DNA of 64,000 bases from Pelagomonas calceolata (lineage: Eukaryota). The position numbers and the translations under genes are program-made. Below the pieces are notes generated by a model that worked only from the letters and a program-made list of their open reading frames with translations, ran no database searches and was not told where the DNA came from. The DNA lies in contig CAKKNE010000002.1 in NCBI GenBank assembly GCA_918797485.1, positions 3,038,001 to 3,102,000 of the forward strand, read 5' to 3'. This document shows, one piece after another, positions 29,780 to 38,426 of this stretch. Position 1 is the first letter of the stretch, and every line of letters starts with the position of its first letter.

Positions 29780-32071
29780 ATGGATGCATTCGCTACGCTG
29801 GGGCCCGCCGAGGACCGGCCGCTCCCGCCGCCGCCGGTTGCGGGCGGGATGACGATGCAGCCGGCGGTGCCCGACCCGATGTCCGGGGCGAGCTTGTTCC
29901 CGCCGGCGACGGCGATGCCGGCGCCGACCGCACCCGAGCCACCGATGCCGGCGATGCCGGCGATGCCGGCCGCACCACAGTCCGGCGCGAGCCTCTTCCC
30001 CGCGGCGCCGCCCATGCCGACGTCGGCGCCGGTGCCGCCCGTGCCGCCGATCCCCGCGGCGGCGGCGGCCGGCACCGGAGGGGCCGCGCCGGCGCTGCTC
30101 AGCCCCACGGGCACGGCCATTTTCGGCGCCGTCGCCGAGCCGACGGCGCCCCAGTCGAACACGCCCGAGTTCAACAACGTCCAGCTCTGGAAGGACGGCT
30201 TTCACCAGGGCATGGCTCCGGACACGGCGCTGCCGCCGGGCGCGCGCGCGATGCCGGGCATGGCCGCGATGCCGCCCGCGACGCCCGCGGCGAATCCGTC
30301 GCCGAAGCTCATGGTCACGCCGACGCCGCTCAAGGTGGCGAACATGCTCGCGGCGCCGCTGGACCTCGCGCAACCGCCGGCGCCCGCGCCCGCGCAGCCC
30401 CAGGCGCCGAACTCGTTCTCGGCCCCCTTGGTGCCCCAAGGGCCGCCGGCGCCGGGAATCGACTCGTTCGCGGCGCCGGCGGCCGCGTTCGCGGCGCCGC
30501 CGCCGCCGCCGCGCGCGCCCGAGGTCGCGCCGGACGCCTTCCCGCCGCGCGCGCCCGTGGCGGCGGTGACGGGCGGCGCGGCCCTCTTCGGCGCGCCGCC
30601 GCCGACGGGCGCGGCGCTCTTCGGCGCGGCGTCGCCGAGCGACGCCGACAGCGACGCGGCGAGCGCCTTCGGCACGCCGGCCAAGCCCGTCGTGCTCGGC
30701 GGCGGCGGGTCGCCGTCGCCGCCGCCGACGTCGCGCAGCGGCTCGTTCTCGCCGCGCGGCGCGGGCAAGCACTTCCGCGAGTTCACGCCGCCGCCGCCGG
30801 CCCCCGAGGAGGCCTTCGGCGCGCCGCCGCCCGTCTCCGTCGGGGGGTCCGCTGCCGCCGCTGCGGCTGCTGCGTTCTCCGCGCCCGCGGCGCCGGCAGA
30901 TCCATTTTCTGCGCCGCCACCTGTCAACCAGGTGCCGAGCGACCCGTTCGGCGCGCCCGCGGCGCCGAGCAATTCATTTTCCGCGCCCGCGGCGCCGGCC
31001 GATCCCTTTTCTGCGCCGCCGTCACCTGTCAACCAGGCGCCAAGCGACCCTTTCGGCGCCCCGGCGGCGCCGGCAGATCCCTTTTCTGCGCCGCCGCCAC
31101 CTGTCAACCAGGCGCCTGCCTGGGGCTTCGAGGCGCGCCTGCGAGAAATCTTTGATAGAGTAGATACGAGTGGCGACGGCGATATCTCCGTCGTGGAAGC
31201 AGTCAAAGCGCTGAGGAAGGACGATGACTTCGCCAAGGTGCTCGGCTTCGACAAAGCTACCAGAGTAAGACAGGAGGACGGTACCAGAGATCAGTTGATC
31301 CTCGCGCTCGGCGCGCTTGATGCCGACGGCGACAAGAAGGTGAGCTGGGCGGAATTTAGGAGGGTCGCCACTTGTTATATTCCGTTCGGCGCGCCGGCAG
31401 CGACCGATCCGTTTTCAGCGCCGTCGGCCCCTGTCGGCCAGCCGAGCGACCCCTTCGGCGCGCCGCAGCCGCCACCGCGCGCACCACAACCGCCACAGGA
31501 CGCCTTCGCGGCGCCAGCGCCGCCGAGCGCCGACCCGTTCCACGCGGCGCCGGCGGCGCCCGATGTGTATCATGGTGGCTGGGGCGGTCAGCAGCCGCCT
31601 CCGTCGAACGTTTTCGCGGCGACGGAGCCGGTTTTTGAGTCGCCCGCACCGAAGGCCGCCGCGCCGCGGAACACGGCGTCGCCCGACTTGTTCGGCGACT
31701 CCGTCGCGCCGTCGACCGTGTCGAGTGGCGAGAAGAAGAAGGCCGCGAAGAACTTTGATTTCGGCCTGCACTCGGAACTTGTGTCGTTAGATCTGAACGC
31801 GAACGGTGCCCCACCAAAAGCCAAGAGCGCCATCAAACAAAAACCTGCCGTCGCCATGAACAAGATGGCGACGACGGAACGGCGGTCGTCGATGCTGAGC
31901 ACGCAGCCCATGGGCGCGCCCCCGGCGATGGGCATGGGCGCGCCCCAGGCGATGGGCATGCCGCAGCCGATGGGCATCCAGGCCCACCCCGCGTTCGCGC
32001 GCTACACAGCCGAACAACAACAGTGGTTGCTGGCTCAAACCCCACAAGTCCAGGCACAGTACCTCCAGTAA
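29780..32071 (+). CDS. Pro/Ala-rich DPF-repeat protein (putative endocytic accessory factor) with inserted EF-hand pair
   Basis: Many DPF/DAF/DLF motifs (ADPFSAPP, SDPFGAP), clathrin-box-like LVSLD near the C-terminus, EF-hand module at 31130-31369. Confidence 0.7.
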   Translation: MDAFATLGPAEDRPLPPPPVAGGMTMQPAVPDPMSGASLFPPATAMPAPTAPEPPMPAMPAMPAAPQSGASLFPAAPPMPTSAPVPPVPPIPAAAAAGTGGAAPALLSPTGTAIFGAVAEPTAPQSNTPEFNNVQLWKDGFHQGMAPDTALPPGARAMPGMAAMPPATPAANPSPKLMVTPTPLKVANMLAAPLDLAQPPAPAPAQPQAPNSFSAPLVPQGPPAPGIDSFAAPAAAFAAPPPPPRAPEVAPDAFPPRAPVAAVTGGAALFGAPPPTGAALFGAASPSDADSDAASAFGTPAKPVVLGGGGSPSPPPTSRSGSFSPRGAGKHFREFTPPPPAPEEAFGAPPPVSVGGSAAAAAAAAFSAPAAPADPFSAPPPVNQVPSDPFGAPAAPSNSFSAPAAPADPFSAPPSPVNQAPSDPFGAPAAPADPFSAPPPPVNQAPAWGFEARLREIFDRVDTSGDGDISVVEAVKALRKDDDFAKVLGFDKATRVRQEDGTRDQLILALGALDADGDKKVSWAEFRRVATCYIPFGAPAATDPFSAPSAPVGQPSDPFGAPQPPPRAPQPPQDAFAAPAPPSADPFHAAPAAPDVYHGGWGGQQPPPSNVFAATEPVFESPAPKAAAPRNTASPDLFGDSVAPSTVSSGEKKKAAKNFDFGLHSELVSLDLNANGAPPKAKSAIKQKPAVAMNKMATTERRSSMLSTQPMGAPPAMGMGAPQAMGMPQPMGIQAHPAFARYTAEQQQWLLAQTPQVQAQYLQ

Positions 32072-32076
32072 ATTAC

Positions 32077-32892
32077 TTATTTCTTATCGCTCGCCTCGAG
32101 GTTTTCTAAAGCTCTTTGTGCTTGCGCGGCCGCCCTGGTACCTCTCGACGCCGCGATGTCTCGGAGTAGTGGAATGGCCCCTAAATCTCTCAACCGCGCC
32201 TTGTTGTCCGTATTCACCGAAAGATTCCTCAAAGCGCGAGCGCATTGCGATCGCAGATCGACAGAGGGTGCTTTAGCACCATCTAGAATAACTTCCAGCC
32301 CACCGACGCGCGCGATCTCTTGTTCATTTTTATCATTGACCGCCAGATTCGCCAACGCCGCCACGGCCTCGACGCGCACGCCAACATGGGGCGACCGCGC
32401 CAGCTCCACCAACGGGATGATGCCCTTTTCTTCTGCGACCCTTTCCTTATTCCGCACGTTGACGCTAATGTTCGCTAGAGCTTTCGCAGCTTGTCTTTGT
32501 ACGTGGATTTCGCCCTGGCACGCGAGTAATGCTATTAACACAGGTATAGCACCATCCTCGGCGAGCTTTATCTGGTTCTGCGCATCCACTGACAGATTAG
32601 CTAAAGCGTGCGCGGCGAGCCGTCGGACCTCCGCATCTCTTGAACGCGTGAGTGGCACCAACAACCTCAGACCGCCCAAGTTCACTATTTGTACTTGCCT
32701 TTCTGCTTTCACGGCGGCATTCGCGAGCTTCTCAGCAACTTCTCTCTGGAGAGTCGGGTCCGCGCTCTCGGCATACGCGATCAATCGTGTTAAATGTAAC
32801 TCGAGCTGCCTTATATATTCACCATCATCTTCATCATCCGACGCGTCCTTCTCCTCGTAGCGGCGGCGGCGGCTGCTGCGGGAGTTGCCCAT
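32077..32892 (-). CDS. Armadillo-repeat protein (Vac8-like) with possible N-myristoylation
   Basis: Repeats AAHALANLSV, AAKALANISV, AVAALANLAV, CARALRNLSV; MGNSRS N-terminus. Confidence 0.85.
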   Translation of the reverse strand: MGNSRSSRRRRYEEKDASDDEDDGEYIRQLELHLTRLIAYAESADPTLQREVAEKLANAAVKAERQVQIVNLGGLRLLVPLTRSRDAEVRRLAAHALANLSVDAQNQIKLAEDGAIPVLIALLACQGEIHVQRQAAKALANISVNVRNKERVAEEKGIIPLVELARSPHVGVRVEAVAALANLAVNDKNEQEIARVGGLEVILDGAKAPSVDLRSQCARALRNLSVNTDNKARLRDLGAIPLLRDIAASRGTRAAAQAQRALENLEASDKK

Positions 32893-33155
32893 TGTTCAAA
32901 TCGCTCAGTGGGTGTTGTTGCCGGCCGGAGGGCTGCGTTTTTTTGCTGCCCCGCGCGTCGGCCTTGCGAATGAGCTGGACTGCCTTCCTACTTGGGCGTC
33001 TGCAGGCTCGATTGGCTTCGAAACGAGCCGCTGATGTGTAAAGCTAGTATGTGAGTGAGCGCTAGCTCGCGGTCGCGCGCAATTTTGTATTTGCGCGGCT
33101 TTCAGCTGGTACTGCTGCTATTTGACATCGCGGTGAGACGGCTTAGGAGTCGTGC

Positions 33156-33443
33156 TTGCCAGCGGCAACCAGAGAGCGCCAGATTTTAAATACGGCGCTG
33201 CGCACATATCCCACGCTGCTGCTCGTGCTGCTCGGCGCCCTCGACAAGGCCGCCGCAAAGCTCGGGCTGCGCAGAGTACCGGAGCAAACGCTCTGCGGCC
33301 TCGCCGTTGCGAGCGGTACCACCGGAGCGCTAACAGGTGCGCTCGCGCTCGTCCTGCTGCAGCACAAGACGCGCAAGCAGAGCTTCCAGCTCAAGTATCT
33401 CATCGCGACCGGGCTGGCCCTCGCTATCGATAACCTATTATGA
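33156..33443 (+). CDS. DUF1294-like small membrane protein; no in-frame ATG found
   Basis: LDKAAAKLGLRRVPEQTL...GA....LQHKTRKQSF follows the DK..A....R(I/V)PE.TL...G...HKT.K..F pattern. In-frame stop at 33144 upstream, so the start is unresolved. Confidence 0.6.
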   Translation: MPAATRERQILNTALRTYPTLLLVLLGALDKAAAKLGLRRVPEQTLCGLAVASGTTGALTGALALVLLQHKTRKQSFQLKYLIATGLALAIDNLL

Positions 33444-34927
33444 CGAGCGTGCCGGACAAGTGCCACATCGGCACGCGGCGCGTCGAAACCCCGGCGGCGG
33501 CCCTCTTCGACGTCGACGGCACGCTCGTGGACAGCATGGGCCGCTTCTTCCCGTCGTGGAACGAGGCCGGCGCCAACTACGGGCTCTCGATGACGGAGGC
33601 GGAGTTCTACGGCTACGCGGGCATGCCTCTGCCGGACATCGTCGAGGACTTGTACCGCCGGTGCAAAGGTACTGAACCGCCGGACGGCTTCGTCGCGGAA
33701 TTCCTCGCTTCCAAAAAAGCGAAGCACGCGGCGCGGGAGGCGATCGACGGCCCGCCGCCGGTGATCGCCTGCGTGGCGGCGATCGCGCGGGCCTGGGCGG
33801 CCCGGGGCGTGCCCGTCGTCTGCGCGACGTCGGGCCTGCGGGACCACGTCGAGCCCCACCTCGCGGCGGCGGGATTGAGTGATCTGTTCCCGTCGGACAA
33901 AATTGTTTGTGCGGCCGATCTACCGAAGGGACGCGGCAAGCCACTGCCGGACATCTTTTTGAGGGCGGCCGCGGTCGCGGGCGTCGACGCTTCTCATTGC
34001 GTCGCTTACGAGGACGCCGAGGCGGGCCTCAAAAGCGCGTGGGCCGCCGGGTGCGCCGTGGTAGACGTGACCGGGCTCCCGGACTATCCGCTGCCGGAGG
34101 GCCTCCGCGCGGCCAAGGCGGCGCAAGTCCAACGGCGCGACTGGCTGCCTCCATCGAGAATATTGGTCACCGGCGGCACGCGCGGCATCGGCAGGGCTGT
34201 GGTAGAGGCGCTCGCGCGGCGCGAGGGCGTCGTCGTGTACCTGGGGTGCCGCGACCTTGCCGCCGGACAAGCGGTGGCGCCGCACGACGGTGTCGTGCCC
34301 GTTCTCTTGGACGTCACGGACCCCGCGTCGATCAAGACGGCCGTCGAGACCGTGCGGGCCGCGGGTGGCCTCGACGCCCTCGTGAACAACGCTGGTGTGA
34401 TGGATGAAAGTGATATGGAGAGGACGCTCGAGGTGAACCTCGACGGCGTCGCCGCGGTGACCACCGCCTTCGCGCCGCTCCTACGCACCGGTGGCCGCGT
34501 GATCAACGTGTCGTCGGGCGCCGGGCTCCGCGCGGCGGCGGCGTTGGCGCCGGCCGATCGCGAAGCTCTCGAGGCTGATTCCGTCGCCGCGATTCGCGCC
34601 ACAGCACAACGGCTCGCCACAACGGCCGACATCCCGGTCTACGGCATCTCCAAGGCCGCGGTCAACGCGTACACTAAATTAGCGGCGCGCACGTACCCGG
34701 CGCTGCGCGTGAACGCGTGCTCGCCGGGCTTCTGTCGCACCGAGATCGCCGGCCCGAACGCGGACTACTCCGAGCGCGAGCCCAAGGCCCCGGCGCTCGG
34801 CGCGGACGTGATCACGAAGCTGCTCTTCGACGACGCGCTCTCCCAGAACACGGGCAAGTTCTTCAAGGAGTGCTCGAAGCCCGGGACGGCTGTTGAAGAT
34901 GCGGTCTCCCGCGAGGAGCCCTGGTAA
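33440..34927 (+). CDS. Fusion: HAD-family phosphatase (beta-PGM/YqaB-like) + short-chain dehydrogenase (carbonyl reductase-like)
   Basis: HAD motifs FDVDGTLVDS, ATSG, KPLPDIF, EDAEAG; SDR motifs VTGGTRGIG, LVNNAG, INVSS, YGISK; one uninterrupted ORF. Confidence 0.88.
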   Translation: MTSVPDKCHIGTRRVETPAAALFDVDGTLVDSMGRFFPSWNEAGANYGLSMTEAEFYGYAGMPLPDIVEDLYRRCKGTEPPDGFVAEFLASKKAKHAAREAIDGPPPVIACVAAIARAWAARGVPVVCATSGLRDHVEPHLAAAGLSDLFPSDKIVCAADLPKGRGKPLPDIFLRAAAVAGVDASHCVAYEDAEAGLKSAWAAGCAVVDVTGLPDYPLPEGLRAAKAAQVQRRDWLPPSRILVTGGTRGIGRAVVEALARREGVVVYLGCRDLAAGQAVAPHDGVVPVLLDVTDPASIKTAVETVRAAGGLDALVNNAGVMDESDMERTLEVNLDGVAAVTTAFAPLLRTGGRVINVSSGAGLRAAAALAPADREALEADSVAAIRATAQRLATTADIPVYGISKAAVNAYTKLAARTYPALRVNACSPGFCRTEIAGPNADYSEREPKAPALGADVITKLLFDDALSQNTGKFFKECSKPGTAVEDAVSREEPW

Positions 34928-34999
34928 GATACTTCTGGGTCCTCGTCCACGTCATCGCCGCTATCCCAGACGACCGTGAGGAACCTTGTAATAATATAC

Positions 35000-35692
35000 T
35001 TATGGGTCCTCGTCCTCGTCCTCGTCCTCCTCGCCGTCGTCGAAGCGCTGGATCCGCCGCAGCAATTTCGTGGCGAGTTTTTCGTCGCCGCTCCTCACCG
35101 CGTCGTCGAGCTGGCGCTTCATGTTCTCGCGCCGCTGTTGTAGTTTTTCTGCCGCTAACTCCTCGGGCGTGAGGAGGTCGTAGCCCTCCTGCTGCTCGCC
35201 CGAGCCCAAAACCCCGGCCAGGAACGGATTGGACGTCGCGTCGAAGTCGCTCCAGCCCTCCTCGCGATTGCCAATGGGCGTTAACCCCCCATTTTCCTCC
35301 GTGGCCTGGTCGAGCCACATTTTTATTATTGAGCCTTGCATCATTCGGAAGTCGTCTTCATCGCCACCGGCACGCGCGGCGGTGAAGTCCTCGTACCGCA
35401 GCCCCTTGCACACGTTGCGGCCATGTTTCCTACATAGCGCCGCGACGGCCAACGCCGCATCATCAAAACCTCCAACATAAACGCACTGCGACTTGTCGTC
35501 GTACAACGCCGCGGCCACGGTCATGGGTCGCGTCTGCGTCCTTGACGTCTCCTTCGCCCAGATCAACGCGTCTTCTTTAAACGTGGCCTCCTCGAGGAAG
35601 AGCCGGCGGATGGTCCGTCGTCGCGTGCGTGTGCTGTGCTGCTTGCAGGTGAACGCGGCTGCTGCGGTGTATAGGAGCGCGAGGCGCTGCAT
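35000..35692 (-). CDS. Plastid-targeted protein with degenerate GIY-YIG (GrxS16-like) domain and UVR-like C-terminal coil
   Basis: Signal peptide ending AAAAF; AALYDDKSQCVYVG...WLDQATEENGGLTPIGN; MKRQLDDAVRSGDEKLATKLLRRI. Confidence 0.6.
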   Translation of the reverse strand: MQRLALLYTAAAAFTCKQHSTRTRRRTIRRLFLEEATFKEDALIWAKETSRTQTRPMTVAAALYDDKSQCVYVGGFDDAALAVAALCRKHGRNVCKGLRYEDFTAARAGGDEDDFRMMQGSIIKMWLDQATEENGGLTPIGNREEGWSDFDATSNPFLAGVLGSGEQQEGYDLLTPEELAAEKLQQRRENMKRQLDDAVRSGDEKLATKLLRRIQRFDDGEEDEDEDEDP

Positions 35693-35966
35693 CGTCGATT
35701 GATGCGGCTGTCTATAGTTTTATCTGCGGCGCCAGGTCCGTGCAATTAGTGGCAGCGCTCTCAATAGGCACGCCTCAAAAAGCCCTCCATCTCCAGCATG
35801 CATCACTGCTATTCCAGCTCCACTGCGCGGCGAACGGGTAACGAAGCTTGCCTCCTTTTGATCGCTGCGGCACGCATACTTCGCGCGCAGACAGAAACCG
35901 CCGACTGGCAGAGCGTCGCGCGTGGCGCCGGAGAGCGTCTGCCCCTCACGCCGCCGGCGCGTCGTG

Positions 35967-37100
35967 ATGGTGCGCCGCGCCCTCCTCCTCCTCACACTAG
36001 CGCGCGCGCGCGTCCTGGAGTTGGACGCGGAGGAGCTCGAGCCGTTGCGACGGACGAGCCAGCTGCCGGCGGCGGGCGCCTCCGACCTCATCGAGGTCTT
36101 CACGTTACGGACGAAGATAGATGTACCATCTTTATTCGAGGAGGCCGTCAGGTTGGAGCACTACGCGTTAGCCTTCCGCAACCAGGGCGTCAGCTGGAAG
36201 GAGGCCTCGGAGGGCGAAGGCGTCGTGGCCGTGCACTATTTACCAATGAACGCCTCAGCTCTACTGGGCTTTCCGGATAGAAACGGTACATTCCCAGACG
36301 CTTCCGCGGACGTTTATGTGGACGCAAAAAAATTCGACCCCGAGTACTGGCGCGACGCGGACTACGTCGGGACGATCGGCGGTGCCGCGTTCGCGGGTTT
36401 GGCGCGGGAGCTCCCGTCCTATGCCACTTTGAATCCATTGTATAAAGCGGTGGATCCCGGCGCGGTGGATGGTGGCGCTTTCGTCTTGTGGTGCTTGGAG
36501 ACGCTGGCGGCGCATGGTGCTACACTGACACCACTAGCTAGGTTGGAGCGGCGCGTGCCTACCTTGTATGTGAAAAATGAGGAGGCTCCAGGTGACGCGC
36601 GCGCCTTCGCTCGTGATTTATCTCGCTGTGTCGCGGACCAACAACCGGAGAGCTACGACCTGTCGTCATTAGCGGCGACGTACGTTGACAACAGCGCGCC
36701 TTTACCTAGATGTCTGCGGAACAAAGCCGTCCCGCTCGCCGGTGGGTCGTGGGTCGCCCTCGAGGCGCCCTACTACGCTTACGTCGAGTCGTACCCGCGC
36801 GCGCCGGCGCCCGGCACGGGCGCGAACACGGAAAAGGGCTTCTCCGTCTCAGACCTGGCGCTTGTGATAGCTCTGATCGGCGTCGTCTTGGTCGGCCTCG
36901 GGCGCATCTTTGTGGTGAAGGGCTGCTGCGTCTGCGAGGAGGCGCGGCCCATGTTCGCGTCGTCGACGCGGCGGCGCGCGTCGCGGTCCGGCGACGAGTA
37001 CGGCGAGCTGATGACGGCCGAGACGGAGCTGCCCGTTCGTCGGTCCGTGTCGCCGCGGCCGGATGACGAGGACGCGAAGGAGGCCTCTGCGGTGGTGTAA
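35967..37100 (+). CDS. CLN5-like luminal domain protein with signal peptide and C-terminal TM helix
   Basis: Ordered motifs IEVFTL, HYALAFR, FP, DPEYW, GTIGGAAF, D...FVLWCLETLAAHGA resemble CLN5 as recalled; TM LALVIALIGVVLVGLG. Confidence 0.55.
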   Translation: MVRRALLLLTLARARVLELDAEELEPLRRTSQLPAAGASDLIEVFTLRTKIDVPSLFEEAVRLEHYALAFRNQGVSWKEASEGEGVVAVHYLPMNASALLGFPDRNGTFPDASADVYVDAKKFDPEYWRDADYVGTIGGAAFAGLARELPSYATLNPLYKAVDPGAVDGGAFVLWCLETLAAHGATLTPLARLERRVPTLYVKNEEAPGDARAFARDLSRCVADQQPESYDLSSLAATYVDNSAPLPRCLRNKAVPLAGGSWVALEAPYYAYVESYPRAPAPGTGANTEKGFSVSDLALVIALIGVVLVGLGRIFVVKGCCVCEEARPMFASSTRRRASRSGDEYGELMTAETELPVRRSVSPRPDDEDAKEASAVV

Positions 37101-37275
37101 GATGTGTTATTTGTGTATCGTAGTGAACCGGGCTGCACCCACGCAGCGGAACACAGCAATTGTTTTGCCGTTTTCATTTCTCGGGCGTACGGGCCTCGCG
37201 AGCCTACCGCGCGGCTTGGGGAGGGGTAGAAAGAAAGCAGAGGCCCCCGCACACACAAAACAGCCAAAAAAAAAC

Positions 37276-37284
37276 AAAAAAAAA
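37276..37284 (-). terminator. RNA polymerase III terminator (T9) of tRNA-Gly
   Basis: Run of 9 T on the minus strand right after the tRNA 3' end, followed by a second T-run. Confidence 0.75.
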
Positions 37285-37285
37285 G

Positions 37286-37356
37286 TACGCCATCCGGGAC
37301 TCGAATCCGGAGAATCTGCTTGGAAGGCAGAAGTGTTACCCTTACACCAATGGCGT
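37286..37356 (-). tRNA. trnG-UCC: tRNA-Gly(UCC), intronless, with atypical A1:U72 and A53-C61
   Basis: ACGCCAT/ATGGCGT acceptor stem, GTGT/ACAC D-stem, TCTGC/GCAGA anticodon stem with loop CT-TCC-AA, TTCGA T-loop, poly-T terminator. Confidence 0.88.
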
Positions 37357-37626
37357 CTTTTTTTCGCGCGCGCACACCGATGGGTGCGCAGCGACGAGAG
37401 CTGGTTAGACTGAAACCGTGGGATAAATAGGAACGCAAAAGAAAACCCGTGGTGTGTACGGTCGTGTGCCGGCGCGCGTTCACGCGAGCTACAAGCATTT
37501 TTTAATCGTGCATTACCTTAACGTCAACGGGAACGTCCGTCTCCTCGCTGCGGATTACAAGTTACGAGGAGGTGTGCGTCCTATAAGTCAAATACTGAAC
37601 AACTGCTCGGCAGTTTCAAGAGCAGC

Positions 37627-38220
37627 ATGCGACGAGCAATAATACTCTTCGCAACAACCGCCGCAGCGCTAGCACCGCCACGAATAACACCGCCGCGCTG
37701 CCTGCGTGAAACAACACGACGACATGCACTGCCGACGGTCTCGACCGAGGCGCAGCTCCAGATGTGCTGGCGTTTGGTAGTAGCCGCCGCGTCTGGAAGC
37801 GCACTAGGTTTTGAAAGAATAGGCCGCGGCCGCGCCACCAAACGGGATTCACCGGTGGGCGTGCGGACGATGGCGCTCGTGAGCATGGGCTCGGCGTGCT
37901 TCACGTGCGCGGGCCTCCTCATAAAGAACGGCGACGCCGCGCGTGTCGCCGCGGCGGCGGCGACGGGCGTCGGATTCCTCGGCGCGGGCGTCATCACGAC
38001 GTCTAACGGTATCGTGAGCGGGCTCACGACGGCCGCGTCGATCTGGATGGCGGCGGCGCTGGGCGTCGCGGCCGGCGCGGGCCTCTCGCTCTTCGTGGCC
38101 ATGGCGACGGGCTCCGCGATGGTCGTCCTGCGCATGCCGCGGCGGGCCGTCGGCCGGCGCGCGGCGCGCGACTTCGAGCGCGACTCGATCCCGCCGAAGG
38201 ACGTCGAGCCGGACCCGTAG
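37627..38220 (+). CDS. MgtC/SapB family membrane protein with bipartite targeting peptide
   Basis: ALGFER, VGVRTMALVSMGS, DAARVAA, TGVGFLGAGVI, GLTTAASIW, LGVAAGAG. Confidence 0.88.
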   Translation: MRRAIILFATTAAALAPPRITPPRCLRETTRRHALPTVSTEAQLQMCWRLVVAAASGSALGFERIGRGRATKRDSPVGVRTMALVSMGSACFTCAGLLIKNGDAARVAAAAATGVGFLGAGVITTSNGIVSGLTTAASIWMAAALGVAAGAGLSLFVAMATGSAMVVLRMPRRAVGRRAARDFERDSIPPKDVEPDP

Positions 38221-38426
38221 CTCGTGGTCCGCGAGGGTTCCTAGGTTAATTATACGTTTAGCACTATTCCAGGTTCGGATTTTGGGGCCAAGACAGAGCA
38301 ACAACGTCGCGTCGATGGCGTAAGGGGGACAGAGCCAATGCGGAGGTGCTAGTGTGTCAATGGAGCTAGATAACTTCCAGCGCTGCTCGACAAGGCTGCT
38401 AACGAAGACATTCGTGTCGGGGCAGC

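Noticed and set aside
31112..31418. EF-hand cassette as a GC-AG intron
   Set aside because: The nearby AG acceptors (31400, 31418) would shift the frame, and the segment is open and conserved at protein level.
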